This document shows positions 9,717 through 19,131 of a stretch of 52,053 nucleotides of DNA, one piece after another. The stretch's first letter is position 1; each line of letters opens with the position of its first letter. This stretch comes from an uncultured Clostridium sp. (GTDB lineage Bacteria > Bacillota_I > Bacilli_A > Acholeplasmatales > Anaeroplasmataceae): positions 1 through 52,053 of the forward strand of contig CAMNGZ010000001.1 of assembly GCA_946538835.1 (NCBI GenBank). Reading direction: 5' to 3'. The position numbers and the translations under genes are program-made. The notes under the pieces were generated by a model that searched no databases, was not told the DNA's origin, and saw nothing but the letters and a program-made list of their open reading frames with translations.

Positions 9717-10562
9717 ATGGATATTAAAGAATTAAATTATTATAAAGAAGTCGTAGAATGTGGTTCAATTTTAAAAGCTAGTGAAAAGCTGCACATCTCT
9801 CAACCTCCTCTATCAAGAATGATGAAAAATCTAGAAATTGAACTTAAATGCCAATTATTCATAAGAGGTAGAACATTAAAGTTAACTGAAGCTGGGAAAT
9901 TATTATATGAAAAAGCTCAGGCTATACTTGATTTGACTAATTCTTCTTTAAGAGAATTAGAAAATCTAAATAAAACTGAAGGACATACCTTAAATATTGG
10001 TATCGTATCATCAAGTACTTCTCTTTTATATAATAAAAATCTAACAAATTATTATAAAAAGCATCCAAATACTAAATTTAAAATTGTTGAATCTAACACA
10101 TTTAACTTACTTGATATGTTAGATAAGCGAATTATAAATTTAGCAATAACACGTACTCCATTTGATACAACGCAATATAAAACTATTCAATTTAAGCAAG
10201 AACCGATGGTATTAACAAGTAATACTTTTTTAGGTGAAACTATTAAATTAAGTGACATTTCTAATAAAAAAATTGTAATATATCGAAGATTTTCAAAAAT
10301 TTTATCTGATTTATTTAAAAGAAATAATCTAATATTGAATATAGTTGCATTAGTAGATGATGCTAAAACAGCAATCCTTTTGGCTAATACACTAGGCGTA
10401 TCTGCAATTGTTCCAGAGGGGGCTTATAAAACAATAGGCAAAGATATATATTCATCTATAATAGACGAAAAAAGTCTAGTAACTTCTCTTACTGCAGTTA
10501 CTAGACTAGATGAAGATATAGAAGAAAAATATTTAGATTTTATTAAATATTTATCTCTATAG
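9717..10562 (+). CDS. LysR family transcriptional regulator
   Basis: N-terminal HTH MDIKELNYYKEVVECGSILKASEKLHISQPPLSRMMKNLEIELKCQLFIR followed by a substrate-binding domain. The start is moved to M27 of the track ORF to match the canonical LysR N-terminus. It is divergent from the ABC exporter operon. Confidence 0.88.
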   Translation: MDIKELNYYKEVVECGSILKASEKLHISQPPLSRMMKNLEIELKCQLFIRGRTLKLTEAGKLLYEKAQAILDLTNSSLRELENLNKTEGHTLNIGIVSSSTSLLYNKNLTNYYKKHPNTKFKIVESNTFNLLDMLDKRIINLAITRTPFDTTQYKTIQFKQEPMVLTSNTFLGETIKLSDISNKKIVIYRRFSKILSDLFKRNNLILNIVALVDDAKTAILLANTLGVSAIVPEGAYKTIGKDIYSSIIDEKSLVTSLTAVTRLDEDIEEKYLDFIKYLSL

Positions 10563-11660
10563 ATCAAATTCACCATATTCACAACCCATATTTTTACAAG
10601 TTAAATCATCAATTAATTTATATTTTTTTCCTTTTCTATAAATTTTAATGTTGCAAATACCATTTCCACCATTCCAAAGGTTGGAGAACTTCTTTTCACC
10701 ATTAGGATCAATGTATCTTACTTTTATCATATCATTTTTATTACAACTTCCATTTAAATAATATACATAATCCTTGTTCTCTTGTGAAACATGCCAAATG
10801 ATTTGATCACTTGTTTCTTCACAATCAAATTTAGTTTTAACTAATGTATGTAATTTAGAAAAATTAAATTCATACATTTTCCCTTCAATAAAGAAAGCAC
10901 TTAAGAGCTTTCTTTTTATTTTTATGTTATAAACCTTAGGGCAACCTCCACCTATATCAAATACACTATTTTTGTATTCTTTATTATACAAATTAGAATA
11001 TATATTATTACTAGACAACCAGACCCATGGACTTGTAAATCCACGTCCCCAGTTCTTATCTGCATAACCAAATGATTTATCAGGAATTATTGAATATTTT
11101 TTGCCATTTAATTCGATTTCACCACTATAAGAAGATTTCATACCTTCAGCATGCCAATACATTTGGAAAGCTTTAATAAAACGAAGAAATTTACTTGTCC
11201 CATATCCAACATTAAATGGTACTTCTTTTTTTATATTTATATTCCATTTAACACTACCTAAATCACTAAATGCGTTTAAATATCCAATATCATCTTTTGT
11301 TATTTCAAATTCTCCAGTTGAATTAGTTTCATTAAGATTACCATATTTTGATTCAACGCTAAATGGTATATTATAATTTATATTAACTGAATTTAAATCA
11401 ATGAACTTATTTAATTCAATCTTATCTTTACCCCAGTGTCCAATTTTAATCATCAAAAATTTAGGTTTTTTAGTTTTTAAGCCAAGATCAAATTCTCCTT
11501 TAGCTTTAGGATTAGTAATAAAAAATTCCAAAAAGAAAGGCACTTCATTATTGTCTTCATCTCTTGCGGTAAAACTATGCCACCACCAATCATAACCATG
11601 GCGTGAGAATGATTCGGTCAACATGCATCTATCTTTATCAATACTTTTTTTGTTAAACAT
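10557..11660 (-). CDS. Tocopherol-cyclase-like family protein of unknown function
   Basis: 367 aa, Trp-rich. GYDWWWHSFTA near the N-terminus and GYADKNWGRGFTSPWVWLSSNN resemble the EKNWG..FP..W.W.Q.N block of tocopherol cyclases (recalled from memory, not searched). Strong RBS AAGAGGTGA. The 3' end overlaps lysR convergently by 6 nt. Confidence 0.5.
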   Translation of the reverse strand: MFNKKSIDKDRCMLTESFSRHGYDWWWHSFTARDEDNNEVPFFLEFFITNPKAKGEFDLGLKTKKPKFLMIKIGHWGKDKIELNKFIDLNSVNINYNIPFSVESKYGNLNETNSTGEFEITKDDIGYLNAFSDLGSVKWNINIKKEVPFNVGYGTSKFLRFIKAFQMYWHAEGMKSSYSGEIELNGKKYSIIPDKSFGYADKNWGRGFTSPWVWLSSNNIYSNLYNKEYKNSVFDIGGGCPKVYNIKIKRKLLSAFFIEGKMYEFNFSKLHTLVKTKFDCEETSDQIIWHVSQENKDYVYYLNGSCNKNDMIKVRYIDPNGEKKFSNLWNGGNGICNIKIYRKGKKYKLIDDLTCKNMGCEYGEFDL

Positions 11661-11697
11661 ATGATCACCTCTTTATTTTAATTATATCTTTAAAAAG

Positions 11698-11721
11698 AAA
11701 AAAAGTAAGGATTTTCCTTAC
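11698..11721 (-). terminator. Rho-independent terminator of the 4-TM gene
   Basis: Stem gtaagga pairs with tccttac (11705-11721, includes the stop codon). T7 run on the minus strand. Confidence 0.6.
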
Positions 11722-12962
11722 TTTTTAGTAGTTTTCTTTGTTGAACTTGAAACTTTTTTAGTGGCAGTTGCTTTTTTGGTTTCGCTACTACTCTTTTTAG
11801 TTGCAGTCTTCTTTTCAGAAGGAGCTTTAACCTTTAAAGTATTAGAAGATGTACGAGTAGTTGATTCACTATTTTTATTAAGTTTCTTAATTTCAGCCTT
11901 AGGCTTTGGAACTTCTTTTAAAATACTAGGATTTTCAGGACTATCTTTAAGAACAACTTTTTTACTAGCAACTGCTTTACGATTAGCTCTTCTTTCTAAA
12001 TCTTCTAATGTATATTCACGGCGAGTAATTAATTCTTGTCCTTTAGGAATGGCAAGACCATGTTTTAACATTAAATTTCTAGTCTTTAATTCATAAGTGG
12101 CTTCAATAAATCTCTCAGATACACCACGAACTAGCACTTGTTGACCATGTTTAAATGGTGCTTGTAGTATATAATACATTGTAGGGCAATTAGATAAAGC
12201 TTCGAATTCAAGATTTTGTACATAATAATAGAAACGTGCTAAACGTTCAAGTGAATCATCACCATCTGCAAAGAAATTATCAATATCTGCACAAATCTTA
12301 ACATAATTTGTAGCAGCTTTCTTACTTGCAGACATATTAGTAATAATTGGTTTTAACAATGGATAGAATCCGATAATCAATTGTAAGAAATCTTTTGTTT
12401 CAGCTTTTCTTAATGAAGCTAATGTAATAAAGATTAATACAATACCTACAAGTAACATCGCATAAATATAGAAGAAACGAGATAAGATATAATTTCTCTT
12501 AGCTGCTTCAATTCTTACCAAATAAAGATATGAATAATCATCTGATACATGATCAGGAACAAGTACAGGAATATGTTTAACTTTAGTGGATTTAGCTTTG
12601 CTTAAACCTTTTCTAATAGCTAATTCTTGTAACTTGTTAGTCATTTCTCTGTCATATTCAATCTTAGAGAATGTCGAACCAGTTATTTCAATTTCAAATA
12701 ATTGCTTCTCTAAAATAGCACTTTCTACAATATTACTTCTAAGTTGACCTGTAAGGTCCGTAATAATTGTAATTGCGAATGAAAGAATAGTCATTGCAAA
12801 TCCAATTTGTTTTAAGGCTTCAATTTGACTCATGACTACAGAAATAATAGCTAAAAAATATAAACCTAATTTTAAAATTTTAGCAAGTCTATAACTAGAC
12901 TCAGATGCATACTTAAATTTAAGTGCACTTTCGGTTAAACTTCGATCTTTTACTTTGTTCAT
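11718..12962 (-). CDS. Four-TM membrane protein with globular middle region and Lys/Ser/Thr-rich histone-H1-like C-terminal tail; possible SLATT/S-4TM-like effector
   Basis: TM pairs at about aa 32-80 and 165-215 (numbered from M20). The tail reads ...TKKSSSETKKATATKKVSSSTKKTTKK. Start set at M20 (RBS TGGAGA) because a consensus promoter lies inside the longer track ORF. The family assignment is topology-based only. Confidence 0.6.
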   Translation of the reverse strand: MNKVKDRSLTESALKFKYASESSYRLAKILKLGLYFLAIISVVMSQIEALKQIGFAMTILSFAITIITDLTGQLRSNIVESAILEKQLFEIEITGSTFSKIEYDREMTNKLQELAIRKGLSKAKSTKVKHIPVLVPDHVSDDYSYLYLVRIEAAKRNYILSRFFYIYAMLLVGIVLIFITLASLRKAETKDFLQLIIGFYPLLKPIITNMSASKKAATNYVKICADIDNFFADGDDSLERLARFYYYVQNLEFEALSNCPTMYYILQAPFKHGQQVLVRGVSERFIEATYELKTRNLMLKHGLAIPKGQELITRREYTLEDLERRANRKAVASKKVVLKDSPENPSILKEVPKPKAEIKKLNKNSESTTRTSSNTLKVKAPSEKKTATKKSSSETKKATATKKVSSSTKKTTKK

Positions 12963-12998
12963 AAATAGTCTCCATAAAACCCTTTTTAAACTAAATAT

Positions 12999-13027
12999 AT
13001 TATATATAATTAATTTCAAAATGTCAA
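12999..13027 (-). promoter_or_regulatory. Consensus sigma-A type promoter for the 4-TM gene
   Basis: On the minus strand: TTGACA (13022-13027), a 17-nt spacer, then TATAAT (12999-13004). Confidence 0.65.
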
Positions 13028-13052
13028 TTATTGTCGAAAAACAAGTGTTTTT

Positions 13053-14426
13053 TTAACTTACAATCGTACTAGCATCTTCAATAGTTAAATTTTGGAGCCA
13101 TTTGCCTCTTTTAACTAAGATAAAACCTAGTACTGATTTTAATATGTCGAGACCTCTAACAATTAAATAAATATAGATAATATTTAAGTTAGTCGCCATA
13201 GCTAATATCCATGAGACTGGTACATATACTACTAGCATAAAGCCTGTATCAAGAATTAATGTCTCAAGAGTTCTTCCACCAGCCTTTAGTGTATAATAAT
13301 AAATAATAGAAAGACAATTAGCGAATAACAATACACCATAGATAATAATTAATTTAGTTGCAATCTTCTTTTGTTCATTATCAATTTCTTTAAAAATGTT
13401 AGGTAATACAAATGAAGTTGCGACAAGTATTAATCCTGTAAATAATGATAAATATATACCTAAGAAACTTAATTTTTTATTGTCATCACGAGCTTTTACA
13501 AAATCCCCTTGTCCTAGATCTTGTCCTACAATCACTCCAATACCAACAGATAAACCTTGAATCAAAATTGTGATTATATTAGATATTGTTGTTAGTACAG
13601 AAATAGCAGCAAGTACACCATCTCTTTGACTAAAAGCTAAAGTTTGTAAAATATTACCAAGCGCAAATCCAATTTCATTAATAAATAACAAATAAGATTT
13701 AGATAAGATTTTCTTAACAATACCTTTTTCAAATTTAAATGGTTTAAATACGTTTCTAAAGAACAAAAACTTCTTTAACCTAGACAATCCAATTAGGAAC
13801 AACATTTCACAAATACGTGAAATAATGGTTGCATAAGCAGCTCCTTTAGCCCCTTGTTTAAGACCCAATATGAATACCAAATTTAAAATAGTATTTACTA
13901 CAAGCGCCACTATTGATGAATACATCGCATATTTAGTTAATCCCATTTCACGGTAGGTTGTCGAATAAATATACCCAATAGTAAATGGAATATAAGATAT
14001 AGCAATTAGTCTAAGATAATCCATAGCTTCATTAAAAATAAGATTTCTATTAGTATCAGATTTACAGTATTGCCATACCAAATGATGACCAAAGATATAT
14101 ATTATAGGAATTATTATAAGTAAGAAAATAAATGAAGATATAATCTTAAATCTATAGCAATCTCTAATTCTATCATAATCTTTCTTACCAGTGAATTGTT
14201 GAATAAAAACACCAGCACCTTCTAATAAACCGAATATTGCCAAATTGTATAAATACGTAACCTGGTTAGCAGCATAAACACCTGAGACAGCTTCATTAGA
14301 AACTGTACCAACCATAATATTATCTAGGAATGAAACCAAAAATGTGACAAACCCTGATAACATGACAGGTAAAGCAATTTTAATAAATTTAGACAAAAAA
14401 GTTTTATCTTTAAAGCATGAAAACAT
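13053..14426 (-). CDS. MATE family efflux transporter
   Basis: 457 aa, 12 TM helices. N-terminal FIKIALPVMLSGFVTFLVSFLDNIMVG is a typical MatE repeat start. Confidence 0.85.
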   Translation of the reverse strand: MFSCFKDKTFLSKFIKIALPVMLSGFVTFLVSFLDNIMVGTVSNEAVSGVYAANQVTYLYNLAIFGLLEGAGVFIQQFTGKKDYDRIRDCYRFKIISSFIFLLIIIPIIYIFGHHLVWQYCKSDTNRNLIFNEAMDYLRLIAISYIPFTIGYIYSTTYREMGLTKYAMYSSIVALVVNTILNLVFILGLKQGAKGAAYATIISRICEMLFLIGLSRLKKFLFFRNVFKPFKFEKGIVKKILSKSYLLFINEIGFALGNILQTLAFSQRDGVLAAISVLTTISNIITILIQGLSVGIGVIVGQDLGQGDFVKARDDNKKLSFLGIYLSLFTGLILVATSFVLPNIFKEIDNEQKKIATKLIIIYGVLLFANCLSIIYYYTLKAGGRTLETLILDTGFMLVVYVPVSWILAMATNLNIIYIYLIVRGLDILKSVLGFILVKRGKWLQNLTIEDASTIVS

Positions 14427-14556
14427 ACTAGAACCTCATTTCCATAAGATATTATCACATATTAAACAAAAATTAAAGTTTTTGGACCAAAATGGCGCAA
14501 TAAAACTATATTTTGCTTACAATATTTGATATAATGTAAGATGTTTGAGGTGAAGT

Positions 14557-14886
14557 ATGGAAAACAGTCGTACTGTAAAAACACATTCTTGGCTATTTAG
14601 CTTTCTTATGTTAATAATACCAGGAATTAATATTATTTATTTAATAAGTCTTGCCCTTGGCTTATCACATTATGACTCTAAAATTTCACTTGCAAGAGCT
14701 TTAATAGTTGTACTTCTTGTAATTATAGTATGTCATTTTGGATTTGTTGTAATTAAATTATCAATAAATGGTTCAACATTTGAAACACTCGGACAAGGGA
14801 TTAAAGAATATTATATAAATATCTATAACAATCTTGTAGAAAGTATTAAATCATTCAAATTTAAAAATATTTTCAATTCAAAATAA
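14557..14886 (+). CDS. Small membrane protein, unknown function
   Basis: 109 aa with two clear hydrophobic helices. RBS GAGGTGA 6 nt upstream of the ATG. Confidence 0.6.
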   Translation: MENSRTVKTHSWLFSFLMLIIPGINIIYLISLALGLSHYDSKISLARALIVVLLVIIVCHFGFVVIKLSINGSTFETLGQGIKEYYINIYNNLVESIKSFKFKNIFNSK

Positions 14887-14889
14887 AAG

Positions 14890-14937
14890 AAAAAATCAGT
14901 CAAATTGTTGGGATCAAACAAAATGACTGATTTTTTT
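14890..14937. terminator. Bidirectional terminator between the small membrane gene (+) and galK (-)
   Basis: Outer stem atcagtca (14895-14902) pairs with tgactgat (14924-14931), with an inner ttgtt/aacaa pairing. Flanked by an A-run and a T-run. Confidence 0.6.
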
Positions 14938-16078
14938 ATGCTTTAGAAACACCATCAACTATATCAACTAATAGAACTTCTGGCATAATTTCAGTTTTAG
15001 AATAATATTCATTCATAACTTTTTCTTTAAATGATTCAAAATCACTAGTTTTAATTAAGGCAATCGCACATCCACCAAAACCAGCTCCTGTCATACGAGA
15101 TCCAATCGCTCCACTATTTCTAGCAGCTTCGGTTAATGAATCCAAATGGAAACCAGTAACTTCATAATCTTCTTTTAATGACATGTCAGAAGCATTTAAA
15201 AGCTTACCAAGAGTGTTAATATCTCCTTTATTCAATGCTTCTACAAATTGATTAACTCTAGATTCTTCACTAACTACGTGCTTAATTCTTTTTTTAATAT
15301 TAATATCATCAATGAAACTTAAAGCTTCATCTAAATCATCATTACTTAACTCACATAAATTTTTAATATTATAATGATTCTTTAAAACATCTAAAGCTTT
15401 GTTGCATTCAATTACACGTTCATTATATTTAGATTCAGTTAATTTTCTCTTTTTGTTGCTCTTAAGAACAACAAATGAATAATCATCAATTGACATCGGA
15501 CAATATTTATAATCAAAAGTTGCACAATCTAAAAATAATGCATTATTCTTCTTACCAAGAGAAATAATAGCTTCATCCATAATACCACTTGCAACATTAC
15601 AATAATTATTTTCTACATCTTTTCCATATAAAGCGATATTTTCTCTTGAGATATTAAGATTTAATATATCAGATAAGAAATAGAATGTTAAATCTAAAAT
15701 AGCAGCACTACTTGATAAACCTGAGCCAACAGGAATACGAGAATCATAATAAATATCAAATCCAGATTCAAATTTGATACCTTTCTTTTTCAAAGTGTAA
15801 AATACACCAACTGTATAAATGGCCCATTCAAACTTATTATCAAATTCTAAATGTTCTAAATCAGTTACAATTATAGAATCAAAATTAGTTGAATAAATTC
15901 TAATCTTATCATCATTTCTTTTTGCTACATTAGCATAAATATATAGACTGATACAGGCCGGCAAAACATGGCCTCCATTATAGTCAATATGCTCACCGAT
16001 TAAATTAATTCTTGCGGGAGCTTTATAAAAGTATTCAGGTTTTACCCCGAATACTTCTTTAAAAGTCTTATTTTTCAT
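14936..16078 (-). CDS. galK: Galactokinase
   Basis: Motifs APARINLIGEHIDYNGG, PVGSGLSSSAA (GHMP kinase motif) and TGAGFGGCAIAL. Overlaps the upstream gene by 11 nt. Confidence 0.93.
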   Translation of the reverse strand: MKNKTFKEVFGVKPEYFYKAPARINLIGEHIDYNGGHVLPACISLYIYANVAKRNDDKIRIYSTNFDSIIVTDLEHLEFDNKFEWAIYTVGVFYTLKKKGIKFESGFDIYYDSRIPVGSGLSSSAAILDLTFYFLSDILNLNISRENIALYGKDVENNYCNVASGIMDEAIISLGKKNNALFLDCATFDYKYCPMSIDDYSFVVLKSNKKRKLTESKYNERVIECNKALDVLKNHYNIKNLCELSNDDLDEALSFIDDINIKKRIKHVVSEESRVNQFVEALNKGDINTLGKLLNASDMSLKEDYEVTGFHLDSLTEAARNSGAIGSRMTGAGFGGCAIALIKTSDFESFKEKVMNEYYSKTEIMPEVLLVDIVDGVSKA

Positions 16079-17516
16079 CTTTTATACCAGCTGCAAGCTT
16101 AACACATTCGTAAGCTCCGTTATAGTAACCTTCCTTCTTAAGCGTATTAATACGATTAATCATATGTTTCAATAGTGATTTATCGCTAATTAAACTATCA
16201 AGCATTTGGTTCATTTGAGCCTTTTCAGGACATTCAAATGTTCCATCACCCATTTGACTAGAATAAATTGCACCATAGACTTCATGTCCACCAATGTGAC
16301 GCATAAATACCTTAGGAATAGGATAATATGCTAATTCACTTGGTTTTGTTACAAGTAAATCTGCTTCAGGCATTAGTAAATTTGTTGAATAAACAGCTTC
16401 AAAAATGTTGTCATTGCAAATACAATATACGCCAGTTGGATCACTTGTTCTTAAAGTTTTTGCAAATACTTTAAATGATTCATATTGGTTAAAGTAATTT
16501 TTAGTACTTTCAATATTCTTAATTTTCTTAAGCATTTCATAGTAAACATTCTCATGATCACCAAAGTTAATAAATAAAGTAACCTTCTTTTGGTTAATAT
16601 AAGGTACTAAATGCTTAACCATGTTTAAGAATAATTCAAATCCTGCACCAGCACCACCAACAGTCATTAATATTCTAAGTGGCTTACCTGATTCTATTCT
16701 TTCTAATCTCTTTAAATTATCTTCTTCAAGATTAACTAAAAGCTCGTGATCAATATAACAACCAGTCATCTTAATTGAGTCATCAGGCATTGGTTTTAAA
16801 GGCTTCTTATCAAAACCACTTAGCATCTTGTATCCAAGATATGTAAATGGAGTTTGTACAGCATGAATTGCACCTTCAGATAAATGTAGTGCCATAGGCC
16901 AGTTATCAGGAATTGCATTTACGACATGAGTCATACCAGCATGAATTGCTGCTTGGCTTGGCCATGCATGAGTTGCAATATATGGAATATCCTTTGGAAT
17001 ATTTCTAAAAATAGGAGTTAATAATTCAGAATTCTTTTGGTCACCAGCATTATAAGTAATTTTCTTAAATCCTTCACTATTCAATGGTTCCCATACAAAT
17101 TTATTGAAAAGCTTATTCCTTTGGCTGATTCTAGATCCTAAAGAATATAAATTATTTTGATATCTAATCATCTTACTACCTGTTTGATCAAAACTAGCAA
17201 GGTCTAGCCAAACAGGTGTGAATCCTAAAGCTTTAGCACAGCTAGCCATAGCCATAGATATTCTATAATGTCCAAAGCCCATTCTGATATTTCCTACAAT
17301 AAGTGGTTTTTCAGGCCATGATTCGTTTGCATTTTTAAACACAATATTGCTTGCATCCATAAAATCAAGAGTTTTAATTGATTCAAAGCCTATTTTATAA
17401 TCTTTATTTGAATCATCTCCAAATTTTCTTAAAAATTTCTTTTTACTCTTATTAGCTTTTTTAACAACTTTTTTAGGAATAGGGTTCCCAAAAATAACAC
17501 TTGTCTTATCTTCCAT
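16068..17516 (-). CDS. Divergent GT-B fold glycosyltransferase-like protein (GT28 / MGDG-synthase / UgtP-like), function unknown
   Basis: 482 aa. GNIRMGFGHYRISMAMASCAKALGF resembles the G-x-GH N-terminal motif of UgtP/MGDG synthases. MTVGGAGAG and LLVTKPSELAYYPIPKVF correspond to the KPGG...E..A...P block but with PSE replacing PGG. RBS AAGAGGTG. Overlaps the flanking genes by 11 nt on each side. Confidence 0.55.
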   Translation of the reverse strand: MEDKTSVIFGNPIPKKVVKKANKSKKKFLRKFGDDSNKDYKIGFESIKTLDFMDASNIVFKNANESWPEKPLIVGNIRMGFGHYRISMAMASCAKALGFTPVWLDLASFDQTGSKMIRYQNNLYSLGSRISQRNKLFNKFVWEPLNSEGFKKITYNAGDQKNSELLTPIFRNIPKDIPYIATHAWPSQAAIHAGMTHVVNAIPDNWPMALHLSEGAIHAVQTPFTYLGYKMLSGFDKKPLKPMPDDSIKMTGCYIDHELLVNLEEDNLKRLERIESGKPLRILMTVGGAGAGFELFLNMVKHLVPYINQKKVTLFINFGDHENVYYEMLKKIKNIESTKNYFNQYESFKVFAKTLRTSDPTGVYCICNDNIFEAVYSTNLLMPEADLLVTKPSELAYYPIPKVFMRHIGGHEVYGAIYSSQMGDGTFECPEKAQMNQMLDSLISDKSLLKHMINRINTLKKEGYYNGAYECVKLAAGIKDEK

Positions 17517-19110
17517 TTAAAACACCTCTTGTTGTGTCATAAGCTATATTTTTCTTTGTATTATCCATTTCATAGCTTATATAAATAATTTCATTTTCTT
17601 TTCTAAATTGAACGTTTTTAGCGTTTTTAAATAAATTTAAAGCTTCAGCTAAAATTTCTTTTTTCTCATCGTCATAGCAAGAAATATTATCGCTTGTCAT
17701 AAGAACACTTGAGAATAAAGAATTAATAGTAATTAAAGCTAGTTTTTGTTCATTTGATAATTCAATATTATTGTCTCTTAATAAGAACACGTCTGAATCA
17801 TTTAAGAATAAATGCTTGTCAAATAAAGATCTATATACCGTATTTTGAACCGTATTTTTTGTTGAATTTCTTTCACGATGAAGTAATCTCATATAAGGAA
17901 CATCATCAAATTTTAAAGAAACATCTGGTCCTACTCTTAAATAATCAAAGTTTTCATAACTATTAAATAAGTTAGCACCACAACCTAAAATTAATTTGTC
18001 AGACAATATTTCTCTTAAGAAATTATATGTATATTGTTGCCATTCAGCTCTAGTATAACCATCTGGTACGATAATAGATGCGCCATAAACAAAATCAAGT
18101 TTAAAGAAATCGAAACCTAAATCTTTAAAATAATTTAAAGATTTTCTAACATATTCCTTAGCTTCATCTTTTGTTAAGTCAAGAGAATAGAAACCGCCCC
18201 AATTACAACCGCACTTAACAGGATTTCCATTCTTTTTGATAAATAAATCAGAATGTTCTTTAAATAAATTCGAATCAGTTTCACCAGCAAAAGGCGCAAC
18301 CCAAATACCAGCTTTTAAACCTTTAGCATGAATTTTATCTACTATTGGCTTTAAACCATTAGGAAACTTCTTTTGATCAACACTTAACCAATCACCAACT
18401 TTAGTTTCATAACCATCATCAATTTGGAATAAGTTGAATCTACTATCCATCCCATCTAAACAAGACAAAATAATATCTTCATTAATATTTTGGTAATGAT
18501 TATACCAAGATGAATAGCCAAATATTCTTTCACCATTTCGTACAAAATCTTTATTAAATGATTCAAGACCTTGGTAATAATTATTAAATAATTTGTAGTC
18601 AAACACTTTAAATGATTCACCTGCATGTAATTTCTTACCTACAACATCACTCACTAGACGAATGAACTTATTTTTATAATATTCAATAATTAAATATGCA
18701 TTCTTATGATTCTTTGAATAAATGAAGCATGATTTATTACCTTTTGAATAAAATAAATCATATCCATGCAATTTATTTCTACTGTAATGATAGAAAGTTG
18801 AATCACCATATGCATTAAGGCCATAAGATTGACATACTTTTCTTCTTAAAAGACCTTTATTAATATTCTTTTCAACTTTATTATTATTCAATTCAAAGGA
18901 GTCTGTCCAACTTTGATAACCATTGAAAAACAAGTTACATTTCTTATCGAACTTGAAATCAATATCAATATAAGCATTGATTAACTCTATATCCGAATTA
19001 ACTCGAACTGTAATAATCTTCTCATTTTCTATATTTTCTTCAATAATTTCCAAATCACTATTGGATTCCGTTGTATAAATGACTGAATCCTTTTTATAAA
19101 GTAAAAACAT
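17506..19110 (-). CDS. Alpha-galactosidase, GH36 family (short, TmGalA-like form)
   Basis: Motifs FGYSSWYNHY, FQIDDGYETKVGDW, FPNGLKPIVDKIHAKGLKAGIWVAPF and DFFKLDFVY (nucleophile KxD region). Start set at the ATG (M7 of the track ORF), preceded by AAGGAG. Confidence 0.85.
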   Translation of the reverse strand: MFLLYKKDSVIYTTESNSDLEIIEENIENEKIITVRVNSDIELINAYIDIDFKFDKKCNLFFNGYQSWTDSFELNNNKVEKNINKGLLRRKVCQSYGLNAYGDSTFYHYSRNKLHGYDLFYSKGNKSCFIYSKNHKNAYLIIEYYKNKFIRLVSDVVGKKLHAGESFKVFDYKLFNNYYQGLESFNKDFVRNGERIFGYSSWYNHYQNINEDIILSCLDGMDSRFNLFQIDDGYETKVGDWLSVDQKKFPNGLKPIVDKIHAKGLKAGIWVAPFAGETDSNLFKEHSDLFIKKNGNPVKCGCNWGGFYSLDLTKDEAKEYVRKSLNYFKDLGFDFFKLDFVYGASIIVPDGYTRAEWQQYTYNFLREILSDKLILGCGANLFNSYENFDYLRVGPDVSLKFDDVPYMRLLHRERNSTKNTVQNTVYRSLFDKHLFLNDSDVFLLRDNNIELSNEQKLALITINSLFSSVLMTSDNISCYDDEKKEILAEALNLFKNAKNVQFRKENEIIYISYEMDNTKKNIAYDTTRGVLNGR

Positions 19111-19131
19111 ATAGACTCCTTTAAACAAATA

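Noticed and set aside
10557-10562. The 6-nt convergent overlap of lysR and the tocopherol-cyclase-like gene through the palindrome CTATAG, considered as a regulatory feature.
   Set aside because: Each gene simply uses TAG on its own strand. Short convergent overlaps are common in compact genomes and need no special mechanism.
11718-11960. The K/S/T-rich tail-coding region as a tandem DNA repeat or phase-variation locus.
   Set aside because: The repeats are imperfect at both the protein and DNA level (variations on aaa/aag/act/agt codons), with no exact unit or homopolymer tract long enough to slip. It is better described as low-complexity coding sequence.
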